In this document: one piece after another, positions 26,530-36,101 of the stretch
Numbering within the stretch: the stretch's first letter is position 1
How the letters are laid out: every line of letters starts with the position of its first letter
Virus record (IMG/VR): IMGVR_UViG_3300030620_000112
Coordinates: 1 to 60,404 of that record
Direction: 5' to 3' (one strand)
Length of the DNA: 60,404 nucleotides
From: a virus
Taxonomy: Duplodnaviria > Caudoviricetes
Program-made: the position numbers and the translations under genes
Notes under the pieces: model-generated
The model's database searches: none
What the model saw: the letters and a program-made list of their open reading frames with translations, nothing else
Told to the model about the DNA's origin: nothing

Positions 26530-28743
26530 ATGCCCGCCACTGCCATCCATGAACCACAGGTCGACGCGGCCGCGCTCTACGACGCGCTGGACGCGGCCAA
26601 GCAGGGGTCGTGGCGCGAACTGGCATCGCAGCTGGCTATCCCTCACTCGACGTTCTCGAGGTTGAGGGGCGGCAATGCGCCGGAGTCGTTTGGCCGGGTG
26701 ATGCAGCTGGTCCGCTTTCTCGACGCCGACGTCGATGACTTCCTCACCGGGTGCGGTTGCGAAGACTGCGACGATTGCGGCGAGGCCACGGTCACCGATC
26801 TGGTGGTGGTTGGCGCCACTGACCTGACCATCGCCGACCGGGACACGGCGTGGGATGGACCGGGCGCCTCGTCACGCGTGTTCGACTTCTGCACCGACGA
26901 GGATGGCGAGGTCGACGTGGCCTGCATGTCGCAGGCGTTCCTGTGGCGCACCGACGACGAGGACGGCACCGCCCGGGCCCACTACAAGCTCGGGTATGTC
27001 GACGTGATCGACGGAGAACTGCAGATCGTCCCGCGGGGCGCGGCGGCTGCGGCGGCACGCATCGACCAGACCGACCTGCCGTCCGAGGACGACCGTGACC
27101 GGGTCGCTGCCCGCCTCTGCTCGGTGTACGAGGCGATCCAAGCCGAGATCGACGACTGGCCTGACTGCCCGCTCTCCGAGGACGGCGCCACGCTCGGGCT
27201 GTTGCAGGGCGAACCCAACGTTGACGGCACCGTCGACCCGGTGCCGGTCGAGGGGCCGGTCGTGTTCGAGGGCATGTGGACCGGAGACCTGCGGTCCTTC
27301 CCCCTCAACGTGTTCACGTGGGAGTCGACCGTCCCGGTGCCGATCATTCTCGACCTCGTGGACGGCGACCACACCGGCCGGACCATCGGGATGGTCACCG
27401 CGTTCGAGCGTCAGGTCGACGGCGACACGGCCTCGATCGTCGCCACCGCCGGTGAACTGTCGGGCTCGTCCGACCCGGACACGCAGGCCGCGGTCCTCCG
27501 GGCGGTCGAACTCCTCAAGGACGGCGCGGTCGGCGTGTCGATCCGCTGGGACTTCGACCCCGAAGACTTCGACGGCCTCACCCCCGAAGACATCGACGAG
27601 ATGGAGTGGGAGGAGTTCGAGGAGATGCTGTCGGACGCGTCGCTGCGCATCCGCCATGTTGCGATCGTCGACACGGCGGCGTTCGCGGCAGCGAAGTTGT
27701 CGATCACCGGGACGCTGGCGCTGGCGGCGGCTTCGAGTGTCCCTGCGCTGCCGGCACCTCACTTCGGGCAGTGGAAGGCGAAGGGGCTGCAGCCGCTGAC
27801 CGTCGACCTCGACGGCCGGGTGTGGGGGATCGTGGCCCCGTCGGGAGCCTGTCACCGCTCGGACCTGTCCGGTTTCAAGGGCTGCTACCTGTATCCGGGC
27901 GAGGCGGACTCGAGCCTGTCCCAGTTCCACACGAAGCAGGCGTGGCTGGACGACGGACGTCTGGTCCGCGTGGGAACCTTGACGTTCGAGGGCCTTCACG
28001 CGGTGCGGACCGGTTCCCGGTGGGGTTCGGTGGAGGAGATGCAGCGGCACCGTGAGGACTCCACGTCGGTGTTTGCGCTGGTCCGTGCGTGGCCGACCCC
28101 GTACGGGCTGGCCGTGTCGGGCACTGTCGTCGACGGGCTGACGCGCCAGCAGGTGATGCAGGCGATCGGGTGTGGCGCCAGCGTGGAGATGTGGCGCAAC
28201 CGGACGGTCGGTGTCCATCTCGCTCCGACCGAGGCGTGGGCTGTGGCTGCTTCGGCTGGGGAGGGGCTGGCCGAGGGGGAGGTCATCGAGTTCACCACCG
28301 GCGTGAAGTTGGAGGCCGGCGAAGGTGTCGAGGAGGCGGTGGCGGACGAGGCCAACGCGGAGGCGACGTTCTTCACGGCCGGCGCGTCGAGTGGGAGCGC
28401 GACGGATGTTCGGGTCGAGGCGATCGAACGTTCCCTGTCCCGGATCGAGCGGGCGCTGGCTGACCTGCTCATCGACCGGATGGCTGCGGCGATCCCGGAG
28501 CCGCCGGCCTTGCAGGTTGACGACCCGGAAGATGGGCCGGAGGAGGAACCTGCTGCCGGGCCGGACGCAGACGAACCAGCGGGCGAGCCGTCTGCGTCCG
28601 GCGACGACCCGGATGATGGGCCTGAGACGGCTGAGCCCGAACCGGACCCGGAGCCTGACGGCGGCAACCACGATGAACCGGGCGACCCAGCCGACGTGCC
28701 GGCAGACCCTCCGCCTGTCGAGGAACCGGCCACGGACGCCTGA
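26530..28743 (+). CDS. capsid maturation protease/scaffold-type protein with N-terminal XRE-like HTH
   Basis: Lies between portal and capsid; EG..TGD.R, GVSI, IVDT.AF, PLTV..DGRVWG..A....CH; acidic Pro-rich tail. Confidence 0.6.
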   Translation: MPATAIHEPQVDAAALYDALDAAKQGSWRELASQLAIPHSTFSRLRGGNAPESFGRVMQLVRFLDADVDDFLTGCGCEDCDDCGEATVTDLVVVGATDLTIADRDTAWDGPGASSRVFDFCTDEDGEVDVACMSQAFLWRTDDEDGTARAHYKLGYVDVIDGELQIVPRGAAAAAARIDQTDLPSEDDRDRVAARLCSVYEAIQAEIDDWPDCPLSEDGATLGLLQGEPNVDGTVDPVPVEGPVVFEGMWTGDLRSFPLNVFTWESTVPVPIILDLVDGDHTGRTIGMVTAFERQVDGDTASIVATAGELSGSSDPDTQAAVLRAVELLKDGAVGVSIRWDFDPEDFDGLTPEDIDEMEWEEFEEMLSDASLRIRHVAIVDTAAFAAAKLSITGTLALAAASSVPALPAPHFGQWKAKGLQPLTVDLDGRVWGIVAPSGACHRSDLSGFKGCYLYPGEADSSLSQFHTKQAWLDDGRLVRVGTLTFEGLHAVRTGSRWGSVEEMQRHREDSTSVFALVRAWPTPYGLAVSGTVVDGLTRQQVMQAIGCGASVEMWRNRTVGVHLAPTEAWAVAASAGEGLAEGEVIEFTTGVKLEAGEGVEEAVADEANAEATFFTAGASSGSATDVRVEAIERSLSRIERALADLLIDRMAAAIPEPPALQVDDPEDGPEEEPAAGPDADEPAGEPSASGDDPDDGPETAEPEPDPEPDGGNHDEPGDPADVPADPPPVEEPATDA

Positions 28744-28802
28744 CTGCCGGGGACGCGATCAAGCGGCTACGGTGATCTGACTCCGGGGTGAGCAGCCTCG
28801 GA

Positions 28803-28924
28803 CCGCGCGGCCCCGTCGGACTACGGCTCTGGCGGGGCCGCGCCGTGGCCACACAACTACTTGACTTCCGGCTCCAGATCGGTTATACTGAGGGGAGACA
28901 GCAACCCTCAGAAAGGAAGATCCG
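28803..28924 (+). promoter_or_regulatory. GC hairpin + ACAACTAC + SigA-type promoter + leader/RBS (module copy 2)
   Basis: TTGACT 28861-28866, 17 bp, TATACT 28884-28889; shares CACAACTACTTGACTTCCG and AGACAGCAACCC..GAAAGGAA with copy 1. Confidence 0.85.
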
Positions 28925-29026
28925 ATGGGACTGCCGATGCACTGGGACAACAACAGGTGGGGGCTGATCTGCGACGGCCATTACGAGCAGGCCAAGCGCG
29001 AGTGGGGCGAACGGAGGGTGTCGTGA
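28925..29026 (+). CDS. 33-aa small protein (below ORF-track cutoff)
   Basis: RBS gaaagga, MGLPMHWDNNRWGLICDGHYEQAKREWGERRVS*, GTGA overlap with ASCH gene. Confidence 0.55.
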   Translation: MGLPMHWDNNRWGLICDGHYEQAKREWGERRVS

Positions 29027-29619
29027 CGGACACCTTCGCCATCACCGACAAGCAGCCGTGGGCGGACTTGATCATGGCCGGTGCGAAGCCGGTGGAGAAC
29101 AGGTCGTGGCCGGTGCCGTCCACCCTGCCGATCCTGTTTCGGTGCAACCCGTGTGGGGCAGAGCGGGTCGAACCCCACGGACAGTTCAACGCTGTCCATG
29201 ACTGCACGCCGCAGGGAACCTTCTGGCGGGTCGGGGTCGCGCCGTTCCGGCTGGGCATTCACGCCGGCAAGCAACGCGACGACGCCGCAGAGTGGTTGGC
29301 GTGGCGCGAGCGTGCCGTGGCGACTGGGAAGAATGGCGCGACCTACGGCGCGCTGCTCGGGTTCGTAACCGTCACCGGCTGCCATCACGCCGACGAGTGT
29401 GTCGAGGTTCGGCACCCTCTCGGGGTTGGCGCGCTCGGGACCGCGACCGTCCGCCACTGCTCTGAGTGGGCCGAGTCCGACTGCTTCCACTGGACGCTCG
29501 CCGACCCGGAGCCGCTGGACGCGCCGATCCCGATGAAGGGCAAGCAGCGGTTGTGGCGACTTCCCGACGGGGTCGAGCCTGAACGAGTTCTGACCCATCG
29601 ACAGAGGAGAATGGGATGA
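29023..29619 (+). CDS. ASCH domain protein
   Basis: QPWA.LI..G.K.VENR.W, IHAGK, GA.LG.V, W.L....L..PIP.KG.Q.LW. Confidence 0.8.
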   Translation: MTDTFAITDKQPWADLIMAGAKPVENRSWPVPSTLPILFRCNPCGAERVEPHGQFNAVHDCTPQGTFWRVGVAPFRLGIHAGKQRDDAAEWLAWRERAVATGKNGATYGALLGFVTVTGCHHADECVEVRHPLGVGALGTATVRHCSEWAESDCFHWTLADPEPLDAPIPMKGKQRLWRLPDGVEPERVLTHRQRRMG

Positions 29620-29840
29620 GCAACATCACCGAGATCGAGTTGCCGTCGGGTGCGACCTGCCGGATCGACGAGGACCTGTTGACTGTCAGGGCCGAACGTG
29701 ACGGCGTCGTCAAGTGGTGGGCGTACGAGGACCCGGCACGTCTTGACGTGGCGTTGGGTTGGGCAGCCGAGTTCCTTGGCCTGTCCAACCTGCAGTCACC
29801 GGACCTGCAGGTCCTCCTCGAGCACGCGGACGTGCGGTGA
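29616..29840 (+). CDS. hypothetical protein
   Basis: RBS gaggag; overlap-coupled. Confidence 0.55.
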   Translation: MSNITEIELPSGATCRIDEDLLTVRAERDGVVKWWAYEDPARLDVALGWAAEFLGLSNLQSPDLQVLLEHADVR

Positions 29841-30064
29841 CCGACATGCTGCCCGAGATCCCCGCCGCATCCTTGACCTGCGGGCTGGCCGAGTCGTGGT
29901 GCCGTTGCACGCTGGACCACGGTCATGCTGGACCGCACGAGTGCGATGCTGGATGTGGCGGGTCGTGGTCGTACGACGACCGGGGCGCGTTCGTGGTGGT
30001 GCGTTTCCCGTCGGGCGAGGGTGGGCTGCCGCGCCTGCTCGGCGGGTTCTCGACGTGGGAATGA
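29837..30064 (+). CDS. small Cys/His-rich protein
   Basis: C.L..GH.G.H.C motif. Confidence 0.55.
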   Translation: MTDMLPEIPAASLTCGLAESWCRCTLDHGHAGPHECDAGCGGSWSYDDRGAFVVVRFPSGEGGLPRLLGGFSTWE

Positions 30065-30065
30065 C

Positions 30066-30155
30066 CTCAGAGCCGATCTAACGGCCGCAACCGCAGCCCT
30101 ATACCTGACCCTCCCGAACCCCGGTACGGCCCCTCACACGCGACCTCAACGCGAC
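30066..30155 (+). repeat. dispersed ~85-bp element, degenerate copy C
   Basis: AACGGCCGC(30080)..CCCTATAC..CTCAC..GACCTCAACGCGA, same spacing as A and D. Confidence 0.55.
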
Positions 30156-30291
30156 CCTACGGCCCCCAGCATTCACATCACCCCTGTTGCGTCTCCTCTG
30201 CGCTGCCTGTACGGTTCGCCCCAGACCCGGCGTGCATCGCCGGCGACTGGCGTGGATCGCCACCCGCATCCCAATGCAGGAGGCGTCCACG

Positions 30292-31878
30292 ATGGACCCG
30301 CTCGAAGTCATCGCTCGACTCAACCCCGCAGAGGGTTCCGACGTCGAGCCGCCCACCCTCGATGAGTTGACGGCCGCGCGCGACGACCTCGCACGCCAGC
30401 TGCATGCGCTCAGGCGCGACGGGGTCACCGACCTCGAAGCGCTGCAGTCGCTGCAGTCGGCATACGCGACGGCGGTCGCGGCGATCGAGGAGATCGAGGC
30501 ATCCCAGCGGACGCTGGGCCAACAGGTCGACGATCTGCTTGCCGGTGTCCCGGACCCGGACGCACCAGCAACCCCGCCGGCCGGCGTGCCTGCCGATCCG
30601 GATGGCGGTGAGCCGACGGCTCCTGCGCGGGTGCTCAGCGTCCGTGAGGCGGCCGCCCGCCTCGGGTTGACGGCCACCGCAACCTCGGCGCCGGAGGACT
30701 TGGCCCGCACCGACTATCGGGTCATGGTCGGCGACTCCCCACGCGACGACCTGACGTGGCATGACCTCGCACACTCGTTTGCGTCGTCTGCCCGCGGGTT
30801 GAAGAACGGTCGTGAGCGGGTGGCACGCATCGAGACCAAGTTCGCGCAGGAGCGGACCCTGCCGGGCAACATCGGCGACAACACCCGGATCGTCGACGAC
30901 ATCGTCCGCCCCGAGGCGGTCGCGTCAGCCGGCGGCTGTTGCGCGCTGCCGACCCCGATCTACGAGAACCCGGTCCTGACCTCGGCTGCCCGGCCGATCC
31001 GCGACTCGGTGACCTCGTTCGGGACCGACCGTGGCGTCGTCCAGTTCTTCCCGGCGATCTGCATCCCCGACTCGGGGGCGGACATCTGGACCTGCGAGGA
31101 CGATGCGGCCGTCGATCCGGAGAACGAGGCGACGTGGAAGGTGTGCCTCGAGGTTGAGTGTGAGGATTCCCAGACGGTCGACGTCAACGGCGTCTACCGC
31201 TGTCTGGAGATCGGCAACTTCCAGCGGCAGTTCTCTCCCGAGCAGTGGGAGGGCGCGATCCGTGCGGTCACCGGCCTGCAGGCACGTCGTGCCGAAGCCC
31301 AGCTGTTCACGGCGATGCGGGAAGGGACTGCGTCGCTGCACACCGGTGCGGCGTTCGGGTCGATCTACACCAACCTGCTCAACAACGTCGGGCTGGCTGC
31401 GGCACAGATCCGTCAGGACCAGCGTTACGTCGGCGTCGAACTGCACCTGTGGCTGGCCGAGTGGGTGCTGGCGGCGATCGCCACCGACGCCCGCAACCGC
31501 CGCTACGGCACCGCGGACATGGTCGAGAACACCTCAGAGATGGTCGCGACCGCTCTGGCGAACGAGGGCGTCAACGTGACGTACTCGATCGACGTGGACA
31601 CGATCCTCGCCGGCGACCAGCTGTCGGGCCCGCTCGAGGACTACCCGGCGATGGCGTCGGCTGTGCTGGCGGCCGAGGGACAGTTCACGTTCCTCGACGG
31701 TGGCACGTTCGACCTCGGCACCGAGATCCGCGACCACGACCTGAACCGTCAGAACAAGGTCGCGGCGTTCGCCGAGTCGTTCGAGGGCCTGCTGTCTCGT
31801 GGCTGCGGGTCCAAGTCGCTGGACATCCCGGTCGAGATCTGCGACACGACCAGCGGCTGCGTGGCCGCGACGTCCTGA
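30292..31878 (+). CDS. major capsid protein
   Basis: RBS aggagg; N-terminal coiled coil, A.GGCC..P..Y, GN...F.PE, G.F..LDGG..DLG..RD..LN.QN....F.E.FEG. Confidence 0.8.
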   Translation: MDPLEVIARLNPAEGSDVEPPTLDELTAARDDLARQLHALRRDGVTDLEALQSLQSAYATAVAAIEEIEASQRTLGQQVDDLLAGVPDPDAPATPPAGVPADPDGGEPTAPARVLSVREAAARLGLTATATSAPEDLARTDYRVMVGDSPRDDLTWHDLAHSFASSARGLKNGRERVARIETKFAQERTLPGNIGDNTRIVDDIVRPEAVASAGGCCALPTPIYENPVLTSAARPIRDSVTSFGTDRGVVQFFPAICIPDSGADIWTCEDDAAVDPENEATWKVCLEVECEDSQTVDVNGVYRCLEIGNFQRQFSPEQWEGAIRAVTGLQARRAEAQLFTAMREGTASLHTGAAFGSIYTNLLNNVGLAAAQIRQDQRYVGVELHLWLAEWVLAAIATDARNRRYGTADMVENTSEMVATALANEGVNVTYSIDVDTILAGDQLSGPLEDYPAMASAVLAAEGQFTFLDGGTFDLGTEIRDHDLNRQNKVAAFAESFEGLLSRGCGSKSLDIPVEICDTTSGCVAATS

Positions 31879-31911
31879 CAGACCGCGTGACCCGGAGAAG
31901 GGACGGCACGG

Positions 31912-32679
31912 ATGCCTGAGGCGACACTCCCGCGTACTGCGGAGGTCGACCAGTCTCGCCGCGCCCCCGGCGGGCTGCTGGCCCGTGCCGTCCCCCCTCC
32001 CGACGACTGGCAGCGCGGCCTCGTGTTCCCGTTCTACGGGTGCGGGGAACCGGTCGTCACCGATGGGTGTGTCACGTCCACAGACGAGCCGCACCGCCCG
32101 ACGGTCGCGGCCTTCCGGCCCTTCCAGATCAGGCAGGGGTCGTCCTGTTCGATGCTGTCGCGGGTCGAGGTCACAGACCATGCGCTGGGGCGCCTTGACG
32201 CCACGACCGAGTGGGCGTTGGGAAACCAGTTGGCCACCGGCACTGCCGGGGTCGGGGCGGCGTCGCTGGCAGATGCGACGTCGCTGGGGACGTTCACGTC
32301 GATCGTGGAGGGTGTCGCCGCGCTGATGCAGGCTGCGGCGGACGCCGGGTTCGGGATGCCGATCTGGCTGCACGCCCCCTACGGTGCGATCCCGGTCCTG
32401 TCCGCGTTCCGTCTGGTCGTCGACGACATGCTCGGCGGGGTGGCCCAGTGGGTGTTCTCGCCCGGATACCCGCAGATCGGCGGGCCGGACGAGGTGCGGA
32501 TCTGGGCGACCTCGACGGTGTGGGCAGCGGTCGACGTGTCGCAGGAGATGACCAACCCCGAGCGGCGCCAGAACACCGCCGAGGCGTGGGCGCAGCGCGC
32601 CGGCATTGTCGCATTCGACACGTGCGTGAACCTGTCAGCGGATGTTCCGACGCGGGGATGCCCGCCAGAGTCCTCGTAG
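31912..32679 (+). CDS. capsid-associated/decoration protein
   Basis: Directly after MCP; P.GLL....W..G..F motif. Confidence 0.55.
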   Translation: MPEATLPRTAEVDQSRRAPGGLLARAVPPPDDWQRGLVFPFYGCGEPVVTDGCVTSTDEPHRPTVAAFRPFQIRQGSSCSMLSRVEVTDHALGRLDATTEWALGNQLATGTAGVGAASLADATSLGTFTSIVEGVAALMQAAADAGFGMPIWLHAPYGAIPVLSAFRLVVDDMLGGVAQWVFSPGYPQIGGPDEVRIWATSTVWAAVDVSQEMTNPERRQNTAEAWAQRAGIVAFDTCVNLSADVPTRGCPPESS

Positions 32680-32690
32680 GAGGCTGAACC

Positions 32691-33374
32691 ATGACCCTGT
32701 GTGTCCTTCCGTCAACGTTCGAGACGTTCCGGATCACGCTCGTCGACGAATGCGGGGTGCCGATTCCGGGCCCCAATGCATGGGTCGAGGACTGTGTCGT
32801 GTCGGTCGGTGGTACCCCCAACATCCAGCAGGGGCAGGACATCGACTTCCGGCGTGCCAACGGCTCGTCCTGCGGCTACCTGCGTGGCCGGCCGTCCAAG
32901 CGTGGCCGGGACATGTCGATCAACTTCTGGAACCTGTCGCCCACGGCGCTGGCGCTGATGACCGGCGACAGTGTCATCGTCGACGAGGACATGGAGGAGA
33001 TCGGCTGGCAGGAATGCACCGACTCGATCGGCCGGTTCGCGCTCGAGGCGTGGCAGAACGTGCTGGCCGAGGACTGCCCGGAGGGCGTGGAGGGGACGTG
33101 GATCTACTGGCTGTGGCCGTGGATCGACAATGCCGTGTTCAACCCGCCCAACCCGATCGCCGACGTCGCATGGCAGCTGCAGGTCGAGGGCAACACCCGC
33201 ACCGGTTCGGGGTGGGGTCAGGGTCCTTGGGATGTCCGGCTGACCTCCGACACGGTCCTGCCGGCGCCGCTGCCCGCCCCCGGTGTCGGCTCGAAGTGCT
33301 TCGCGGTGCCGCTGATCACCAACCTCGCCCCGCCGGAGGCGACCTGTGCGGCCGTGACGGTGCCCGGCTCCTGA
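32691..33374 (+). CDS. major tail protein
   Basis: RIT.VD.CG, ANG..C, FALE.W, Y.LWPW, W.QGPW.V. Confidence 0.7.
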   Translation: MTLCVLPSTFETFRITLVDECGVPIPGPNAWVEDCVVSVGGTPNIQQGQDIDFRRANGSSCGYLRGRPSKRGRDMSINFWNLSPTALALMTGDSVIVDEDMEEIGWQECTDSIGRFALEAWQNVLAEDCPEGVEGTWIYWLWPWIDNAVFNPPNPIADVAWQLQVEGNTRTGSGWGQGPWDVRLTSDTVLPAPLPAPGVGSKCFAVPLITNLAPPEATCAAVTVPGS

Positions 33375-33392
33375 TCGTCATGGAGGCCCGCT

Positions 33393-34133
33393 GTGGTGCT
33401 AGTCGCTCCCTGTGCCCCGTGGGTCACGGTCGACGAGTTCAAGGAAGCCAACTGCTGTGACCTTCCCGACGGCGTCACTGACGCGCTGATCCTGCAGGCC
33501 CTCGAGGCGACCACGCACCTGCTGTGGGCCCGATCGGGACGCCGGTACGGTTCGTGCCCGGTCGAGGTCCGGCCGTGGCGCACCAGATGTAGCCCGCGCC
33601 ACACCTGCCGGCCGTGTTCGTGCTCCCGTCCGTGCGAAGTGTCGATCTACTTGGACGGCACCTACATCGCTGACATTGACGAGGTCGTGGTCGACGGGGA
33701 GGTGGTGGACGAGTCGGCCTACGTGCTTGTCCGCCCTGACCGCCTTGTCCGCCTTGATGGGGCCTGCTGGCCGGCGTGCCCGGACCTGTCGCGGGAGGGT
33801 GACGGGTTCTCTGTGGTTGCTCGTGCAGGCATTCCTGTCGACTCTGGCGGGCTGCTGGCGACCGAGTCGTGGGCGTGCGAGCTGGCCAAGGCCTGTATCC
33901 CCGGATGCGACTGCCGGCTGCCGTCGAACGTGGTGATGAAGGTCCGGCAGGGCACCACCATCAGGTTCAAGGACCTCGTAGACCTGTTCGCCGAGGGGCT
34001 GACGGGCATCGACGAGGTCGACCTGTGGCTGTCTTCGGTGAACCCGGGCGGGAGCATCCTGATGCCGGCTGCGGTGTGGTCGCCTGACCTTGATCCGGAG
34101 CCTCTGCGGGTGCATGTGCCGGGGGGGTCCTGA
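33393..34133 (+). CDS. head-to-tail adaptor
   Basis: AT..LW..SGR.YG.C...RP, L.R.DG..WP.C, CRLP.....RQG, TGI.EVD.W...NP. Confidence 0.7.
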   Translation: MVLVAPCAPWVTVDEFKEANCCDLPDGVTDALILQALEATTHLLWARSGRRYGSCPVEVRPWRTRCSPRHTCRPCSCSRPCEVSIYLDGTYIADIDEVVVDGEVVDESAYVLVRPDRLVRLDGACWPACPDLSREGDGFSVVARAGIPVDSGGLLATESWACELAKACIPGCDCRLPSNVVMKVRQGTTIRFKDLVDLFAEGLTGIDEVDLWLSSVNPGGSILMPAAVWSPDLDPEPLRVHVPGGS

Positions 34134-34309
34134 TGCCGCACGTCTGCCTGCCGCCTCGGCTGGCCGGGCTTGGCGGGGTCGGGCATCCGCCGGACCCGCA
34201 GGCCATCGACGGGGGTGCACCGGACACCGTCCTGTTCGCCTCGTCGATCGACGGAGGCGCTCCTGACACGGCGACGTTCTTCAACGACATCGACGGAGGG
34301 ACACTCTGA
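34133..34309 (+). CDS. 58-aa protein with three IDGG motifs (below ORF-track cutoff)
   Basis: TGATG coupling at both ends; IDGGAPDT twice plus IDGGTL. Confidence 0.6.
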   Translation: MPHVCLPPRLAGLGGVGHPPDPQAIDGGAPDTVLFASSIDGGAPDTATFFNDIDGGTL

Positions 34310-34878
34310 TGGTGACACGCATACAGGTACGTCGCGGCACGGCTGCACAGTGGGCGTCTGCCAACCCGGTCCTGACGGCAGGAGAACCCGGCTTCGAGAT
34401 CAACACGGGCCTGTCGAAGTGGGGTGACGGGGTCAACAACTACAACGACCTGCCCTACTTCACTCCTGCCCCGTCCGTACTGGGTGCGGCGTCGTTTACC
34501 GGCGGGTCTGCCACCACGATCACCACGACCGGAAACACCGAGTTGACGGCGCTGGCCAAGACCATCGAGGTTGGTCCGGTCCGTCCGGTCGCGGTCCACT
34601 TCTTCACCCTCATCCAGATGTTCACGGCCGCCGCGTCGGTCATCATCAAGGTGTGGGACGGGGCGGTCGGCGGGACCGAGGTCGCAGGCTTCCAGACGGG
34701 TGCGCTGGCCGTCAATGCGTCGGCGTCGCTGGGCGGCAGCCTGTCGGCATCCCCGGCCCTGTCCACCGGCACCCACACGATGCGGGTTTCGGGCTCGTTG
34801 AGCACGATCACGGGAGGGCCGTCCGGTGTGGTCGGGATCACCGGCCTGCGGACTGAGGTCCGCTACGTGGAGGAGTGA
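34309..34878 (+). CDS. Mtd/hyaluronidase N-terminal domain structural protein
   Basis: IQVRRGTAAQW.SANPVL..GE.G.E..T...K.GDG...YN.LPY. Confidence 0.8.
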   Translation: MVTRIQVRRGTAAQWASANPVLTAGEPGFEINTGLSKWGDGVNNYNDLPYFTPAPSVLGAASFTGGSATTITTTGNTELTALAKTIEVGPVRPVAVHFFTLIQMFTAAASVIIKVWDGAVGGTEVAGFQTGALAVNASASLGGSLSASPALSTGTHTMRVSGSLSTITGGPSGVVGITGLRTEVRYVEE

Positions 34879-35612
34879 TGCCGCAGCGCGTCATGGTCCG
34901 TTCACGGCTGGAGACCGGCGGCTACAGCCCGTCCGAGGCGCATTACCGTCTTCTTGCCCGCACGTGGCGGTCCGGCGGCCGGCTCGTGCTGGTCGGCCAC
35001 GGGATCGGCGGCACGGCAGCGTCGATCGGGGACGCCTACACCCTGTTCCCTCCGCTGGTCCGGCTGTTCGAGCGGATCGCCAACGCCGGGATGGTGGTCA
35101 TCACCCCTGATGGCGGCGGCACCGAACAGTGGATGAACGCCACGGCAGTCGGCGCCCTCCATGCCGCAGTCGGCTGGTCCGCGACGACGTTCGGGACGAC
35201 CTCTGCGGTCGGGCTGGGCGTGTCGATGGGCAACGGCGCCCTGTTCCGGTTGCAGGACGACCACGGTGACCTCGAGGCGATCTGCGGGCTGATCCCGCTG
35301 TCCGACAGCGACGATGTCTATGACAACGACCGGGGCGGAAATGCCGCGAGCCTCGATGCGGCGTTCGCCGGCGACTACACGACCAACGGTGCTGCGTTCA
35401 ACCCGCTCGTGCTGGCACCCGGCGTGACGGTGCCGTGGCAGGCGTGGTACGGCTCGGCCGACACCACCGTCATCGCCTCGACGGTGGAGGCGCTGGCCGC
35501 AGCCCACGCAGCAACAACCGACCTGCACGAGGTCGACGGTGGCGGGCACGGCAACACGACGTTCGACGGGATCGACCCGGACACATTGATCGACTTTCTG
35601 GCGTCCGCATGA
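34875..35612 (+). CDS. alpha/beta hydrolase
   Basis: HG oxyanion motif, GVSMG nucleophile, G..D, GH. Confidence 0.75.
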   Translation: MMPQRVMVRSRLETGGYSPSEAHYRLLARTWRSGGRLVLVGHGIGGTAASIGDAYTLFPPLVRLFERIANAGMVVITPDGGGTEQWMNATAVGALHAAVGWSATTFGTTSAVGLGVSMGNGALFRLQDDHGDLEAICGLIPLSDSDDVYDNDRGGNAASLDAAFAGDYTTNGAAFNPLVLAPGVTVPWQAWYGSADTTVIASTVEALAAAHAATTDLHEVDGGGHGNTTFDGIDPDTLIDFLASA

Positions 35613-36100
35613 ACGCCGAACAGATGATGACCGACGTTCAGCTGTCCGCAGCCCGGATGTGGCCGCGCGTACACCGCTGGCTGGACTGGGACGAAACCCG
35701 AGCCGCCGCCATGTACGGGCTGGCCAAAGCGATCAGCACACACAAGGACGGCAAGGGCCGGACGCTGCGATCGTGGGCACGCAAGAAGATGGAAGGCCAG
35801 ATCTTCGACGAGATGCGGACCAAGATCGGCCGCAGACCGCTCACCTTCCGGCCCATCCTCGAACAGCTCCCGGAGCAGGTCGAGCAGGACGATCCGCCGT
35901 TCGAGGACCGGGTGGTGGACTTCGAGCTGGCCGTGACGATCCTGCGCAGGCTCAAATCGCGCGATCGCAGGATTCTTGCCGCCCGGTTCCTGTGGGGCTG
36001 GACCACCGAGGAGATCCGTGTGTGGCTCGGATTCGACAGTGCTCAGCAGGTGTTCAACGCGACAAACTACGCCCTGCACAATGCCCGCAAGGCGGCCTGA
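35609..36100 (+). CDS. sigma-70-like / HTH transcription factor
   Basis: GL.KA......G..L..WA...M.G.I.D.MR (region 2-like); L..L..RDR.IL..RF..G.T.EEI...LG (region 4). Confidence 0.65.
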   Translation: MNAEQMMTDVQLSAARMWPRVHRWLDWDETRAAAMYGLAKAISTHKDGKGRTLRSWARKKMEGQIFDEMRTKIGRRPLTFRPILEQLPEQVEQDDPPFEDRVVDFELAVTILRRLKSRDRRILAARFLWGWTTEEIRVWLGFDSAQQVFNATNYALHNARKAA

Positions 36101-36101
36101 C

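Noticed and set aside
26872-28671. Long antisense ORFs (599 aa here; also 18753-20357, 48368-50197, 50197-51843, 15462-16811)
   Set aside because: Shadows of high-GC coding genes on the opposite strand; Arg/Gly-rich with no motifs
34309-34878. Diversity-generating retroelement suggested by the Mtd N-terminal domain
   Set aside because: No reverse transcriptase and no TR/VR pair with adenine-specific mismatches seen; the 23759/24515 duplicate differs mainly at synonymous sites
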